Positions 12,366 through 24,139 of a stretch of 64,000 bases of DNA are shown here, piece after piece. The stretch is from Felis catus (Eukaryota): positions 6,758,001 through 6,822,000 of the forward strand of contig NC_058368.1 in the NCBI RefSeq assembly GCF_018350175.1, in the 5' to 3' direction. The notes beneath the pieces were generated by a model. The model was not told the DNA's origin. It saw nothing but the letters and a program-made list of their open reading frames with translations, and did no database searches. Positions within the stretch are counted from its first letter, which is position 1. Each line of letters opens with the position of its first letter. The translations under genes were made by a program, and so were the position numbers.

Positions 12366-13026
12366 AAGGAATTTGGACTTTTTGACCACTTCCCTCCACA
12401 TCCCGTTCCCACCCCAACCTCTACCCCCCCACTTCTGATAACCACAAATCCTATCTTTCTCTATGAGGTTGGGTTTTTGTTTTAGATTTGACACATAAGT
12501 GAGACCATGCAGTATTTTCCTTTCTGTCTGGATTATTTCACTTAGCATGATGCCCTCATGCTCCATCCATATTGTTGCAAATAGAATGTACTTTTTTCAA
12601 AACCTCTCAAAATTCAAGAATAAGAAAACAAGTTCCTTTTTTTTTCTAATAGGCAAAAGATGTACAGATGGCAAAAAAAAAAACACATGAAAACATATTC
12701 ACTATGTTTTTAATTGTGGGAAAAGCAAATTAAAACCACAAATACCACTAGGCATCTATTAGAATGGCTAAAATTAAACACACTGGCCATGCCAAGTGCA
12801 GCAAGGATACAGGTGACACCTGGACATTTGGAAAGCAGTTTGGAAGTTCCCTAAAAAGTGAAACGTCAACCTATCATACGATTCTACAGTTCCACTCTTA
12901 GACCTTTATGCAAGAGAAATAGAAGCACATGGCCATACAAAGACTTCTTTATGAATGTCCACAGTAGCTCTATTTGTCATAGCCCCAACCTGGAAACAAC
13001 CCAAATGCCCATCGGCATGTGAATGG

Positions 13027-13155
13027 GCCCTGCACTGACAGCAAGGAGCCTGCTTGGGATTCTCTCTCTCCCTCTCTCTCTCTCTCTCTGCCCCTTTGCC
13101 GCTCAGGTGCACATACACGCACGAGCGCTCGCTCTCTCTCAAAATAAATAAGTGT
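13027..13155 (+). mobile_element. Can-SINE 3' half
   Basis: ctgcactgacagcaaggagcctgcttgggattctctctc...caaaataaataa. Confidence 0.8.
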
Positions 13156-13282
13156 TTAAAACTAACCAAATCAAAGGGCGCGATCAAACTTCTGTCGGTG
13201 TAGATACGTTCGTTATCTTGACTGTGGTGGTGGTTTCACCCGTTGGTATAAAGTGTCGAAACGTATCAAACTATGCGCTTTA

Positions 13283-13502
13283 AAAATTTTTTTTTCAACG
13301 TTTATTTATTTTTGGGGGGGACAGAGAGAGACAGAGCATGAACAGGGGAGGGGCAGAGAGAGAGGGAGACACAGAATCGGAAACAGGCTCCAGGCTCTGA
13401 GCGATCAGCCCAGAGCCTGACACGGGGCTCGAACTCACGGACCGCGAGATCGTGACCTGGCTGAAGTCGGACGCTCAACCGACTGCGCCACCCAGGCGCC
13501 CC
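13283..13502 (-). mobile_element. Can-SINE (young feline subtype)
   Basis: TSD aaactatgcgctttaaa / aaactgtgcactttaaa. Confidence 0.93.
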
Positions 13503-13837
13503 AAACTGTGCACTTTAAACACGTGCAGTTTATTGTCCGTCAACTCCGTAAAGCTATTTAAAAATTGTCAGGTTAAACGTTTAGCAAGAGTACTTCCGAG
13601 GTGATGCAATGGACTTCATATTGCCCCACACCAGCAGGTACGGACTGTCAGGTTGTTCCTCTCTGAGGGATGCTAAGTGTTGATAACTTGGTAAGGTGGT
13701 GGCCACAGACCTTCCCATCACAGAGTGCATTTTTCCTTTTGCAATTAACTTATAGATGCAATGATTTATAGAGCGATACGTCGGCCCCGTGCGCACACCC
13801 TCTGCCTCGATTCCCTTTCTACGAGTGGTCGCGGCGC

Positions 13838-14170
13838 AAGTCGGCAAAGTATTTTCGTAAAGTTCCAGATCCCAATACTTTAGGCTTTGTGGGCCACGTG
13901 GTCTCTATCTCGGTTGCCTCGAATCTGCCGTTGTAGCACAAATGCAATCAGAGGCGATATGCTGGTGAACGAGCATGGCTGCGGCCCAGTAACATCTTAT
14001 GGACGCTGAAATTTCAATTTATATAAATTTCATGTGTCGTGAACTATTGCTCTCCTCGGGATTTTTTTCAACCACCTACATTTTTTAAAAACATTTTCAA
14101 CTCACAGGATATACGAAATCAGACAGACGGTGTTGATTTGACTGGTGGATGGTAGTTTGTGGAATCCGTG
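13838..14170. mobile_element. MER58B-like hAT-Charlie element
   Basis: ggcaaa...gtaaag...tttaggctttgtgggccacgtggtctct...ctgccgttgtagc...ttatggacgctgaaattt...gtagtttg. Confidence 0.75.
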
Positions 14171-15400
14171 TATTGTCCAAGCCAATTATTTCAATCGGTT
14201 TCACCAAACGGTCATTTTCTAATTCAATTAGCTTTTCTATTATATATGTATTAACTGACGTTTTTCTGTAAGGAACTGCCTCTTGTCAATGAGGAATGCA
14301 ATGCATTTTTTCCTCAAAAGGCAGGATAAATGTTTAGCTTTTTCCCTTTGATTACAAATATTCAGGGAAAGAAATTAGCGTAACTGCCATAATCCATTAC
14401 ATAACCATTGCGTCTCTCTTTGTCCGTAGAACTATGGAGCCATGGGTTTTTATTTATTCGACCACTAATAAAATATTTATTTATTTATAATCAACCTTAG
14501 TCTTCTTTTTTTTTTTCCTGATGCTCAAATAGTCCCCAATTTGGCTAGTAGGAGACCCCTTCAGGTCTGTATGTTTTGGGTACAACTCCATTAATCTTGG
14601 GCAGTTCCCTTATTTTTTGACACGCTACATCAAGGTCACCCTCATGCCCTTCCTCTACCCAGATCTGGAATCAACCATTTCTCCACAAGCCCTGAATCCT
14701 TTTTTTTCCTTCTTCTTCTTACTGTTTATTTTTTGAGAGAGAGAGAGAGAGACAGAGCATGAGCGGGAAAGGGGCAGAGAGAGAGGGAGACACAGAATCT
14801 GAAACAGGCCTTGGGCTCTGAGCTGTCGGCACAGAGCCCGACGCGCGGGGCTCGAACCCACAAACTGCGAGATCATGACCTGAGCCGAAGCCGGATGCTT
14901 AACCAACTGAGCCCCACAGGTGCTCCTGAGTCCTTTAGTGAGGGTCAGTATTAGACTTAATTGTACTATATATATTATACAGACACTTGCCCGGCTTTCA
15001 ACCGAATGCTAAGAAACCAGGGTTTGGACCCAAATGTGCTTGTTGCTGCTGTATGTCAACAGTTTCGATGCCTGTCCGTGGACAGAGCTAGGAAATACTT
15101 TTTATTTTTAATCGTGAATTCGCACCAATCTTATCAGTTCAAAATTAACATGAAAGGGTTTTTTCTTAACTTTAATATTAATATTTAATTAGTATTTAAT
15201 ATTTAATATGTGTGTCTTTTTTCTCACCTTGACAATCGTGACTCATTGCGTCAACAAATCTACCCATTTTATGCTACAGTATACGTCGTGCATTTCAAAA
15301 TTACCGTGCCAACATTACTACAGATAATAGAACCGAACGCAATTCTCTGTTCTTTTTGACCCGAGACGATCTCCCACAGTCACAGATACGCCACGGTTTT
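14170..15400 (-). mobile_element. Old L1 (L1MC-like) 3'UTR fragments
   Basis: tgatgctcaaatagtccccaatttggctagtaggagacccc and ccagatctggaatcaaccatttctcca resemble L1MC 3' ends. Confidence 0.5.
14700..14926 (-). mobile_element. Can-SINE
   Basis: TSD ctgaatccttt / ctgagtccttt. Confidence 0.9.
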
Positions 15401-16905
15401 AGAGAATCAGACATGCAACAAGGTCTTACCAGTGAAAACACGGTAGTCACCCCGTGGGACGCAAAAGGAACCAAAGGAATAGAGGGATCACTTCACAGGT
15501 CCACGCGTGTAGGGTTGTAACCGAAGACATCTTTCACCGTCTTGGTGTTTCAGCCGAGGCCCCGTAGCTGAGAATAACCGGTCACACGTGCCCACGTATT
15601 CTAGCGATATTGGACCATCTATGTCGACATCGCTCGGAAGGGCCCCGGACACACTGTCCGTCTGCGAGAGCGGTTGGGGTAGGGGGGAGAATGGATGCAG
15701 GTGGTTAGTGGGAAGGATCCCCTAGCGGAAGACTGTCAGGGCAGCGGCACCACCCACACCCTCCTAGAGGAGAGGTAGTGCTTCCAGACAAGCGAGGGGA
15801 CGCCAGCCTCAAGACCAGGGCAGGAAGCAATGCCAGAGGGTGAGGTCGGACCCTGAGGGATGTGAGGGAGGTTTGACATCCCCGGCCGCTGAACAATGGA
15901 ATGGGCCACGTGTGGACCTGATCGCTTCCTGGCTCCTCTAGTCCCTCGTGTGGGAGAAGCCCAGGCGGTGAGGCAGGCTCCCAGTGTCCCGCCCCATTCC
16001 CTTTCTGCCCTTCCCGCCTGGCCCAGCTTCTCCCTGATTCTTAAAACTAGGTGTCCAGTGAAGCAAGGAGGCTCCTGCCATCGACGTACGTCACTGCAGA
16101 TGAGTTATGCCCCCTCTCTCTCTCTGTCTCCCTACTCACTTCAAGGATGGATTTGGTGGCTTTTACCAGGGCATTTCTAGCAAACGTTAATGCACTCCCT
16201 TTGGCTGCACAGGCCAAAAACAGCAGCCCGTTTTGGTTCCGAGACCTCGAAGCAATGCGGACGTCATCCACAGAGCCTGACTGGTTGTCAGGAGCCCAGA
16301 GGAATTACTGGTCTTGTACAGGGGTGCCGTTTGGTCACCTCCTTCTTGCACCCAGGCCTTTGAATGTGTGGCTTCTCTTGCTTATAACCCCCCACCTCCC
16401 CCCTGTTCCCTTAGACCCCTCCAGACCTCTTCCTCTAGGCCCCTCCAGACCTCCCCACCCCCTGTGTCCCCAGGATACCCTCTCTGCCAGCACCAGCTCA
16501 TACTTCGAGCTCCCATCTCTAACCCTGCTGCACGAACCGAGAGTCTGCCCAGGTCACCCGCCACCCACCACAATTTCTCTCCTGGTCCTCGGTTTCGCGG
16601 GTAGGTCCCACCCCGCCCCCCCCCCCCCCCCCGATGCTTGCTCTGGTGTCCTTCCAGTTCCAGAACTCTCTGACGTGAGAAGCTCCAGATGGCTATTTTT
16701 CAACATTTCAAAAAGCAGGAGCACTTGTGTATGTTTGGAGACCCATATAATAAAAAGTAAATGTGAGGTGCTCCGAACCTTCACCGGCTCGGGCCCCCCC
16801 CACCCCAGCCCAGCCTTCCCCCCACACCTCATGAGTCACTAAGGGCCATGTGGCAAGATTACTAAGCCTAATTAAGTAAGGCAGCTGACAGGCCACTTCC
16901 AAATA

Positions 16906-17956
16906 CAGTCCATTGTGCCTTCATGTGACGTACGTGTTCCTAAAAATCACCCGACTACGCAGAATCACTCAATAAACAGGGCTAACGGGAGTAAATGGGG
17001 TTGAGGAACAACTTTAAATGTCATCAGTGACATGTCCCAAGAAAGAAGATAGGACACTAATGAAAACGGGAGCGGTGTGAACACGTGAAGTGGTTAATAA
17101 ATACAAAAACATTACAGCGGACATGGCGTTTTCCCCCTTGAAACTGGGGTTTCATGCCTGTGGAGGGGGCTGGGGAGGGTTGGGGGGGGTGACCCTGAGT
17201 GGGGAAAACAGCGTTGCCTGAAATTGAACAGAGTTGTTGGAGCCATGGCCAGGGGTGGGGTTTATTGTCCTTGGTTTCCCTTGGCAACAAGTACCAAAGG
17301 TAAGCAACCTTCTGGAACCTTCAATCCCGAGGCGTGTTTTTCTTCCCTGGCGATCAAGGTCCTCCGTGGCATGTGTTTATGATAAATGCCTGAAATTGCA
17401 AATCGACTCCAACATTACAGGCCCCTCTCACAAGTCCGTCTCCCCGCGGGAAATTTGTCTTCAACTTTCTCGTTTTTCTCATCTGCCCTCAGCGCTTTGG
17501 GAGCTGGAGGAATGCCCGAGACCACGAAACGAGCCATTACTGGCACTCGACGGCGTCGCTTCTGCGGGACTCGGCGATTTCCGTTAAGATCTTCATGTGT
17601 GAATAATGCTCGCCTCCTCGCACGTACCCTTCGCGGTTTGGAACCAGCGCACTGAGACGTGCTTGGGACGTTGGAGGAATGTTTGTTCGTTTGTTTGTTT
17701 GAATACAGAAGAGCTCACACGTGCAAAAACACAGCAGAGCACGACCTTTTGGGGTAACACACGTGGTGACCTGAAGTCGCCGCGTGAGGCGTGTGCGTGT
17801 GGCTGTGCGCGCGTGCGCGCGTCTTGCGCGTTCCTCCCCGGTTCAGATCAGCTGGGTGCAGTTCGATGTTCACGGGCAAACACAGCATGCGCGTTACGTT
17901 CAAACTGCTCCCTGATCTTTGGAACGGATTCACGAGTGTTCCCGCAGAACTGACTG
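16906..17956. mobile_element. Ancient Tigger-type DNA transposon (Tigger13-like)
   Basis: TA|cagtccattgtgc ... gcagaactgactg|TA: short inverted ends with TA target duplication. Internal gttcctaaaaatcac and aaatggggtt motifs. Confidence 0.6.
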
Positions 17957-18128
17957 TAAGTGAAAACGACTGTTCCCGCAGAGCTGTCCTTCCTCCGGAA
18001 CACCGTTGGCTGTTTCTGCACTAGAGTATTTATTGATTTTGATGTACTTTAGTTCATAAACACAACACTCCTGAATACAGGTTTCATGACCTAGAAAAAA
18101 ATGGACATTAAAAGGACTTTAAAAAATA

Positions 18129-18215
18129 GGGGCGCCTGCTGGCTCGGTTCATGGAGCATGTGATTCTTGATCTGGGGGCTGTTGAGTTCAAGCCCCACGC
18201 TGGGCATAGAGCTTA

Positions 18216-18246
<31 letters not shown>
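18129..18246 (+). mobile_element. Short tRNA-like carnivore SINE (no CT tract)
   Basis: ggggcgcctgctggctcggtt...gagttcaagccccacgctgggcatagagcttactt + poly(A). Confidence 0.82.
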
Positions 18247-18249
<3 letters not shown>

Positions 18250-18250
<1 letters not shown>

Positions 18251-18872
18251 GGGAATGCAAGCTGGTGCAGCCGCTCTGGAAAACAGTATGGAGGCTCCTC
18301 AAAAAACGAACAATAGAACTACCCTATGACCCAGCAATTGCACTACTAGGCATTTATCCACAGGATACAGGGGTGCTGTTTCAAAGGGACACATGCACCC
18401 CCATGTTTATGGCAGCACTATCCATAATAGCCAAAGTATGGAAAGAGCCCAAATGTCCATCGATGGATGAATGGATAAAGAAGATGTGGTATATTTATAC
18501 AATGGAGTATTACTCAGCAATCAAAAAGAACGAAATCTTGCCATTTGCAACTACACGGATGGAACTGGAAGGTATTATGCTAAGCGAAATTAGAGAAAGA
18601 CAAAAATCATATGACTTCACTCATATGAGGACTTTAGGAGACACAACAGATGAACATAAGGGAAGGGAAACAAAAATAATATAAAAACAGGGAGGGGGAC
18701 AAAACAGAAGAGACTCATAAATATGGAGAACAAACTGAGGGTTACTAGAGGGGCTGGGGGGGGATGGGCTAAATGGGTAAGGGACACTAAGGAATCTACT
18801 CCTGAAATCATTATTGCATGATATGTTAACTAATTTGGATGTAAATTTTAAAAAATAAAAAATAAAAAAAAA
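18250..18872 (+). mobile_element. Feline L1 3' fragment (ORF2 C-terminus + 3'UTR + A tail)
   Basis: ORF GECKLVQPLWKTVW...ELPYDPAIALLGIYP...WIKKMWYIYTMEYYSAIKKNEILPFA. Inserted in the A-tail of a SINE. Confidence 0.92.
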
Positions 18873-18877
18873 CTTTA

Positions 18878-19089
18878 GGGGCGCCTGGGTCAGTTAAACG
18901 TCCAGCTTCAGTTCAGGTCATGACCTCACGGTTCGTGGGTTCAAGCCCTGCGTCGGGCTCTGTGCTGACTGCTCAGAGCCTGGAGCCTGTTTCAGATTCT
19001 GTGTCTCCCTCTCCCTCTGACCCTCCCCTGTTCATGCTCTGTCTCTCTCTGTCTCAAAAATAAACGTTAAAAAAAATTAAAAAAAAAAA
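18878..19089 (+). mobile_element. Can-SINE
   Basis: Consensus match with a small 5' deletion. Confidence 0.9.
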
Positions 19090-19281
19090 GAATTCGTCTA
19101 AAGTCACATTCAACATCAGCCCTAAAGTTACCAACTCGATAAGGCAGGGAGTCAAGAGAGAATCTAAGTGGCTCCAGATGAAAAAACACCCACCCAGGAC
19201 AGAATACAGCTCTTAGGAAATGCTGGCTCATTTGTGCGGAGGGCACACGTGGGAACTCGTGGCCCAGAGCCACGTTGACCA

Positions 19282-19289
<8 letters not shown>

Positions 19290-19333
<44 letters not shown>
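19290..19333. repeat. (CA)n microsatellite
   Basis: Direct reading. Confidence 0.97.
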
Positions 19334-19336
<3 letters not shown>

Positions 19337-19592
19337 GGCTGACAGGCTCACAGATGTGGCCACGCTCAGTCACTCACTCCTCGAGGCCACTTTCTGTCTC
19401 AGAGGACAACACCAGCTGCTGTCACAGTGGAAGGTGCCAGGCTGAACATCTCTTTTTCCATTAGACGCCTTCCCTCTGCTGACACAGTTTCCGTAACCAG
19501 CCCCTCTTGTAAACTGCTTTCAAGTGGTAATTCTAATGAGGCCAGTTCAACAGTCTGCCCATTGAGGGTGGAGGAAACAGATGCGGCTCAGA

Positions 19593-19705
19593 GGGGCGCC
19601 TGGCTGGCTCGGCCAGGGTTGGGGGGGGTGGGGAATGTGCGACTTTCGATCTCGAGGTTGTGGGTTCAGGCCCTGTGTTGGGTGTAGAGATGAATTAAAA
19701 ATAAA
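19593..19705 (+). mobile_element. Short carnivore SINE
   Basis: ggggcgcctggctggctc...gtgcgactttcgatctcgaggttgtgggttca...ttgggtgtagag. Confidence 0.7.
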
Positions 19706-20563
19706 ACCTTAAAGAAAAACAAAGGCAGCTCAGATGAACTGGTCTGCAGAAACCCCATGGCGGTCCCCACAGCAAGGGGCAGAGAGAGGGACAGGGCACA
19801 GAGGAGAAGGGGTAGCAGCAGGTGTAATGAGAGACCGAGAGACAGTGTGTGAGGCAGACACGTGGGGGGGGAGAGCCACAGAGAGGGACAGCAGACATCT
19901 ACTGAGTGCCTGCTGTATACCAGCCATAATGTCAAGCACTGGGAATCCCATAGAGAACCTCCTAGACCCTATCCCCCCACCTCAAGATCCAGCAACTGGC
20001 CTAGCCAGGCTCTGGGAAAACACAGGTGAGGACGGTGAGGGTGGGCGAGGGTGATTCCTCCACCTCAGGTCAAAGAGGACTAAGCGAGAACTGAGTGAGA
20101 ATCCCCTTCCTGGTCTCGACCACCTGCCCAGCAAGACTCCCCAAGAGGGCCCGCCATGCACCTTCCCTCATCATCCGAGCAACTCTGCCTTTCAATTCCC
20201 AGAATTCCCAGACCGCCTGCCTCCCTTTCGTCAGGTCACTGGGGAGGTCTCGTCGGTCACCACAAAACTTCTGGATGGTGACACAGCCCGAGAGCGCCAG
20301 GATCGGCTGGGAAGGATGGGGTGGGGGGGGGGGGGGGAGGAGAGCCTCCGGGTGGGGGCAGATGGGAGCCACTCAACAGTGGAGGATGGCTCGCAGTGCA
20401 CACGGCCCAGCCGCACGTTCGAATCTTGCGCAATCATTTAAAACAAGAGACTCTGAGAGTTTTTATAGCAGGGGAAAGCGTCATGATATACTAATAGGTC
20501 ACAGGTCAAGAAATAAAATTGTGTTATATTCACACACATTTACACAAAAATACGTGGTTATAT

Positions 20564-20782
20564 GGGGCGCCTGGGTGGCTCAGTCAGTTAAGCGGCCGAC
20601 TTTGGCTCAGGTCACAATCTCACGGTCCGTGAGTTCGAGCCCCGCATCGGGCTCTGTGCTGACAGCTCAGAGCCTGGAGCCTGTTTCAGATTCTGTGTCT
20701 CCCTCTCTCTCTGCCCCTCCCCCGTTCATGCTCTGCCTCTCTCTGTCTCAAAAATAAATAAACGTTAAAAAAAAAATTAAAA
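20564..20782 (+). mobile_element. Can-SINE (SINEC_Fc)
   Basis: Perfect TSD aaaaatacgtggttatat. Confidence 0.94.
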
Positions 20783-21195
20783 AAAAATACGTGGTTATAT
20801 TAAGGCTACTTGTTACTGTGAATTCTTTTCTTCCCTTGACATTTGAGCCATCCCTCCATCCATCCATCCATTCATTATTCGGTATCTATTAGGTACTAGG
20901 TTCTGGGGACACAAGAAAACTACACTGGCTGGCCCTCAAGGAGCTCCTGTTCTTCTGGGAGAGACGGAAAAGGTAACAGGCGTTATAACACAGCTGGCAT
21001 GCCACCGACAGGTGTAAGGGAGGGCTGTGTCCTTAAATTTTGCATTTGGAAAAACAGCAGCGCTTCTTTTTGCCAAAGCCCAGTCTCTATTTTGCACTCG
21101 AAGGCGTGCCACCCAGTGCTGACCTCCGGCTGCGGTCCCCTCAGGCTGGGCTGGGCTAAAGCTTTGGGCATCTCGAAGCCAAGAGGAAGCCCCGA

Positions 21196-21257
21196 GCGGG
21201 CTCTGCAAACAGCATCCGCGGGCTCTGCAAACAGCATCCGCGGGCTCTGCAAACAGC
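21196..21257. repeat. 22-bp tandem repeat x2.8 (gcgggctctgcaaacagcatcc)
   Basis: Identical units start at 21196, 21218 and 21240. Confidence 0.95.
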
Positions 21258-21561
21258 GCGTGCGGAGGCGAATCACCAGGCTTCCAGAGAGCCAGCTGGA
21301 GACAAGGAGCGGGTCCTCCAAAAGCGGGTCCTGTTCGCGCTCGTTCTCCCTCTTCGGTTGTCCCGAACCCGGCTCTCTTGCCCTCGGCCCCCACCAGCAC
21401 TTGTCAGGAGAGCGGACGGGCTGGATTATCCACAGACAAGTTGACGCAGAAGTAAAACTCTTCCCAGGAGACACGGCCTCTGGGCGCTGTCCGAGCCTCC
21501 TGCTTTGACAGTGGGAACTGCACCGATGTTGCTCTCAAAGGACTGATTATTCCTGGTAATT

Positions 21562-21820
21562 ATAATAATAATAATGATAGAGACGGCCATCGTGCGTTGA
21601 GCCCATCCTATGTATTAGGGTCAGAGATCAAGGCATCTCGTGCTCATTATCACATTTTATTCGTACCACAGCCCTATGAGCCAAGTGAACGCTTATCCCA
21701 ACTCAACAGATGGGAGCAAACACAGACTCGGAAAGATTAATTCCCTCCCCTCCCCCAAAGACACACAGTTAACAGGTGGGAGAGGGTAGAGCTGGGTTTG
21801 GAACTCAGGTCTGATTCCGT
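21562..21820 (-). mobile_element. MIR
   Basis: ataataataat...ttgagcccatcctatgt...cacagccctatgag...acacacagttaacaggtgggagag...gggtttggaactcaggtctgattcc. Confidence 0.65.
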
Positions 21821-22499
21821 AACTAGTGGGTTGCACCCCCCCTTCTGTGTCAATGCCAGACCAAGTCCTTCGTGAGCCAAATAGTCACCAAGGACATGTC
21901 TACTCCCTGCCGTTCCCTCCGCCTATCCCAGATCCCAACCCCGTATCCACACAACTCCTTGCAGCATCCTTTCTGGAAGGGTACCTCTTCCTCTGCCTTT
22001 CTTTCTCCCTTCCTCTGCTTAAAGAAATAATTTAATTTTTTTTTTTTTGGAGATTTCTTTTACTGAGATATAACTGACATATAAAATTGTATTCGTCTCA
22101 GGTATACAACGTAATGACTTGATACGTGTACGTGTTGCAGATGATCTGCCGTAATAAGTCCTGGTAAGAGCCGTCACCACACATAGTTACAAACTGACCA
22201 CGACGTCCTCGGGGGGTGGGGACTTTTTTTGTTTACCGCTGAGTTTCTAACACCCGGAAGAGAGTCCGGTCCACAGAAGATACTCCAAAAAGATCTGTTG
22301 AATGAATGAATATATTTCATGCTAATGAAAACTATGCAAAGCTGAAAGGGTACCATGTAAAATATTCATAAAGGCTCACTTTGCTTGCAAAATTCGAAGT
22401 GATTCAAGTGTTTCCAAATGCTAAGAATTCATCAAGAGTCACAGGACTTCAAAGTTGGTAGGACAGGGAGGTAATAAGCTGTGTTTCGGCTGGTAACCT

Positions 22500-23355
22500 T
22501 GGTTACGAGAAAAACCTGTTTCTGTGTTGCTCACATTCTCACACCAAACCTGTGTGTTTTTCTACATCAAGCAAATTTCCGTTTCTTAGGGGACACTGAC
22601 CGGGTGCCCTACGGTCTAACTCACTTCTGGCCCTAACTGCCCAGAGTTACCCAGACCCCACAGGCTGAGGGCTCAGTTCCACAAAGACAGCCTCCCAACC
22701 TCAGCCACCGATCACACGGAGTGGGTCTCCAGATTTCCACCACTTTGGCTACACATCAAAGGTTTCCACGACCACCACCCCCCTCGGGCCCCCTCAGGTT
22801 CAATAATTTGCTAGAACAGCTCACAGCCCCCAGGTAAGCAGTTTACTTGCTATTACTAATTCATCATAAAGGATTCAGCCCAGGAGAAGCCAGATGGAAG
22901 GGGTGCATCCGGCAAGGTATGTGGGAGGGGGCGCGGAGCCTCCACACCCGCTCCAGGAGCACCACCCTCCCGGCACCTCCCCGTGTTCACTTAACCCGGA
23001 ACCTCTTCAACCCTTTCAGTTTCCGCCTTAGTGGAGGATTCATTACACAGATTCCTCAGTTGGCCATGGGTGATGGACCTCCAGCCTCTCTCCCCAAGAG
23101 GAGAGGTGGAGGGATGGGGCTGAAAGCTCCAACCCTGTAATCATCAGGTTGGTTCCTTCGGCAACCAGCCCCATCCCCCCAAGAGTCACCTCATTAACAT
23201 AAACTCAGTGTGGTTGGAAGGGGCTTGTTACGAATAACAAAGGAGTTCTTCTCACTCCCATCCTTCAGGAAATTCCAAGCTCCTAGAAACTCTGTGCCAG
23301 GAACAGGGACGAAGATCAAATGTATATTTTTTATTGTACACATCAGTATATCACA
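22500..23355 (-). mobile_element. MER21C-like LTR
   Basis: ccccacaggctgagggctcagttccacaa, aatttgctagaacagctcacag, ggcaaccagccccatcc, ctctgtgccaggaacagggacgaagatcaaa; ends ...atatcaca. Confidence 0.8.
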
Positions 23356-23723
23356 ACAGTGGGTGCCATTTTAGTGGGAAACTGGGTTCACAATCCCCTG
23401 AGCCAAGCTGTTCTTGAACATTGCAAAGCCTGTGAGTGATTTTGATGACTAGCGTGCTATTATTTTATCATTGGCTAACATCATAACTTAAAGTATTTTT
23501 GGTACCTATAAAAATGTCATCCAAGTATTCACTATGTGCAGGTGGTGAAAAATTTGCCTGAAATTCATTAGCTTTGGAGCAGAAGTTAAATGTGAAAAAA
23601 CATGCTGTAGAGAAACCCCAGCTGTACCCTTATTTCCCCCCACTCCCTGTTAATTTAGGAGAGAGAATTTTGCAAACTATTAAAAGCCAACGATTGAGAA
23701 GATTTAAAGCAGCTCTTAGCCAA

Positions 23724-23795
23724 AAAATAAAATAAAATAAAATAAAATAAAATAAAATAAAATAAAATAAAATAAAATAAAATAAAATAAAATAA
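23724..23795. repeat. (AAAAT)n microsatellite
   Basis: Direct reading. Confidence 0.97.
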
Positions 23796-24139
23796 ACAGT
23801 AATCGTTAAAGACGTGTTAAGAAGCCATGGTCTTCCTACTTTGTATTTATTTCTGTGGCAAAATAGATCTTGAATTACACGAGTCGAAAGTCACTTCCTG
23901 CCTAAAATGCGGACACCCCTTACTCCGAGGTTCCAAGCCTTCCCGTGTTTGCAGCTCCTGTCCCCTCCCCAGAGTGGCCTAGAGTCTCATCTCTCCACTG
24001 ACAGGGTTTGCCGCAGGAGAGCAGAACCCGTCTGTCCCGCCGGAAGGACGGTCCCCCAGCCTCGGGTCCTGTATGGGTGGTCCCCCATACAGGGTGGTCC
24101 CCCACACCTCGATTGCAGAGGCTTTCATCGGCGACCCAG

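Larger units (their letters stand above)
4700..13560 (+). mobile_element. Ancient fragmented LINE-1 (L1M, probably L1MD/L1ME age) interrupted by LTRs and SINEs
   Basis: ORF1-like remnants 5720-6100, ORF2 endonuclease/RT remnants 6100-9460 and 10780-12060, 3'UTR pieces 12600-13560 ending gtgcagtttattgt...taaagct. The 5' boundary is uncertain. Confidence 0.8.

Noticed and set aside
16051..16842. Longest ORF in the window (263 aa, + strand)
   Set aside because: Non-ATG start, Pro/Leu/Ser low-complexity composition from C-rich DNA, no recognisable domain.
18129..18220. tRNA gene
   Set aside because: tRNA-like A/B boxes belong to a SINE head followed by poly(A); no convincing cloverleaf.
18151..18684. 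177-aa ORF fusing SINE, poly-K and L1 ORF2 C-terminus (possible chimeric retrogene)
   Set aside because: Better explained by an L1 piece inserted into a SINE A-tail (aaaaaaaaac on both sides); frame continuity through poly(A) is fortuitous.
21196..21257. CRISPR-like direct repeats
   Set aside because: Head-to-tail units without spacers, in a mammalian genome; an ordinary minisatellite.
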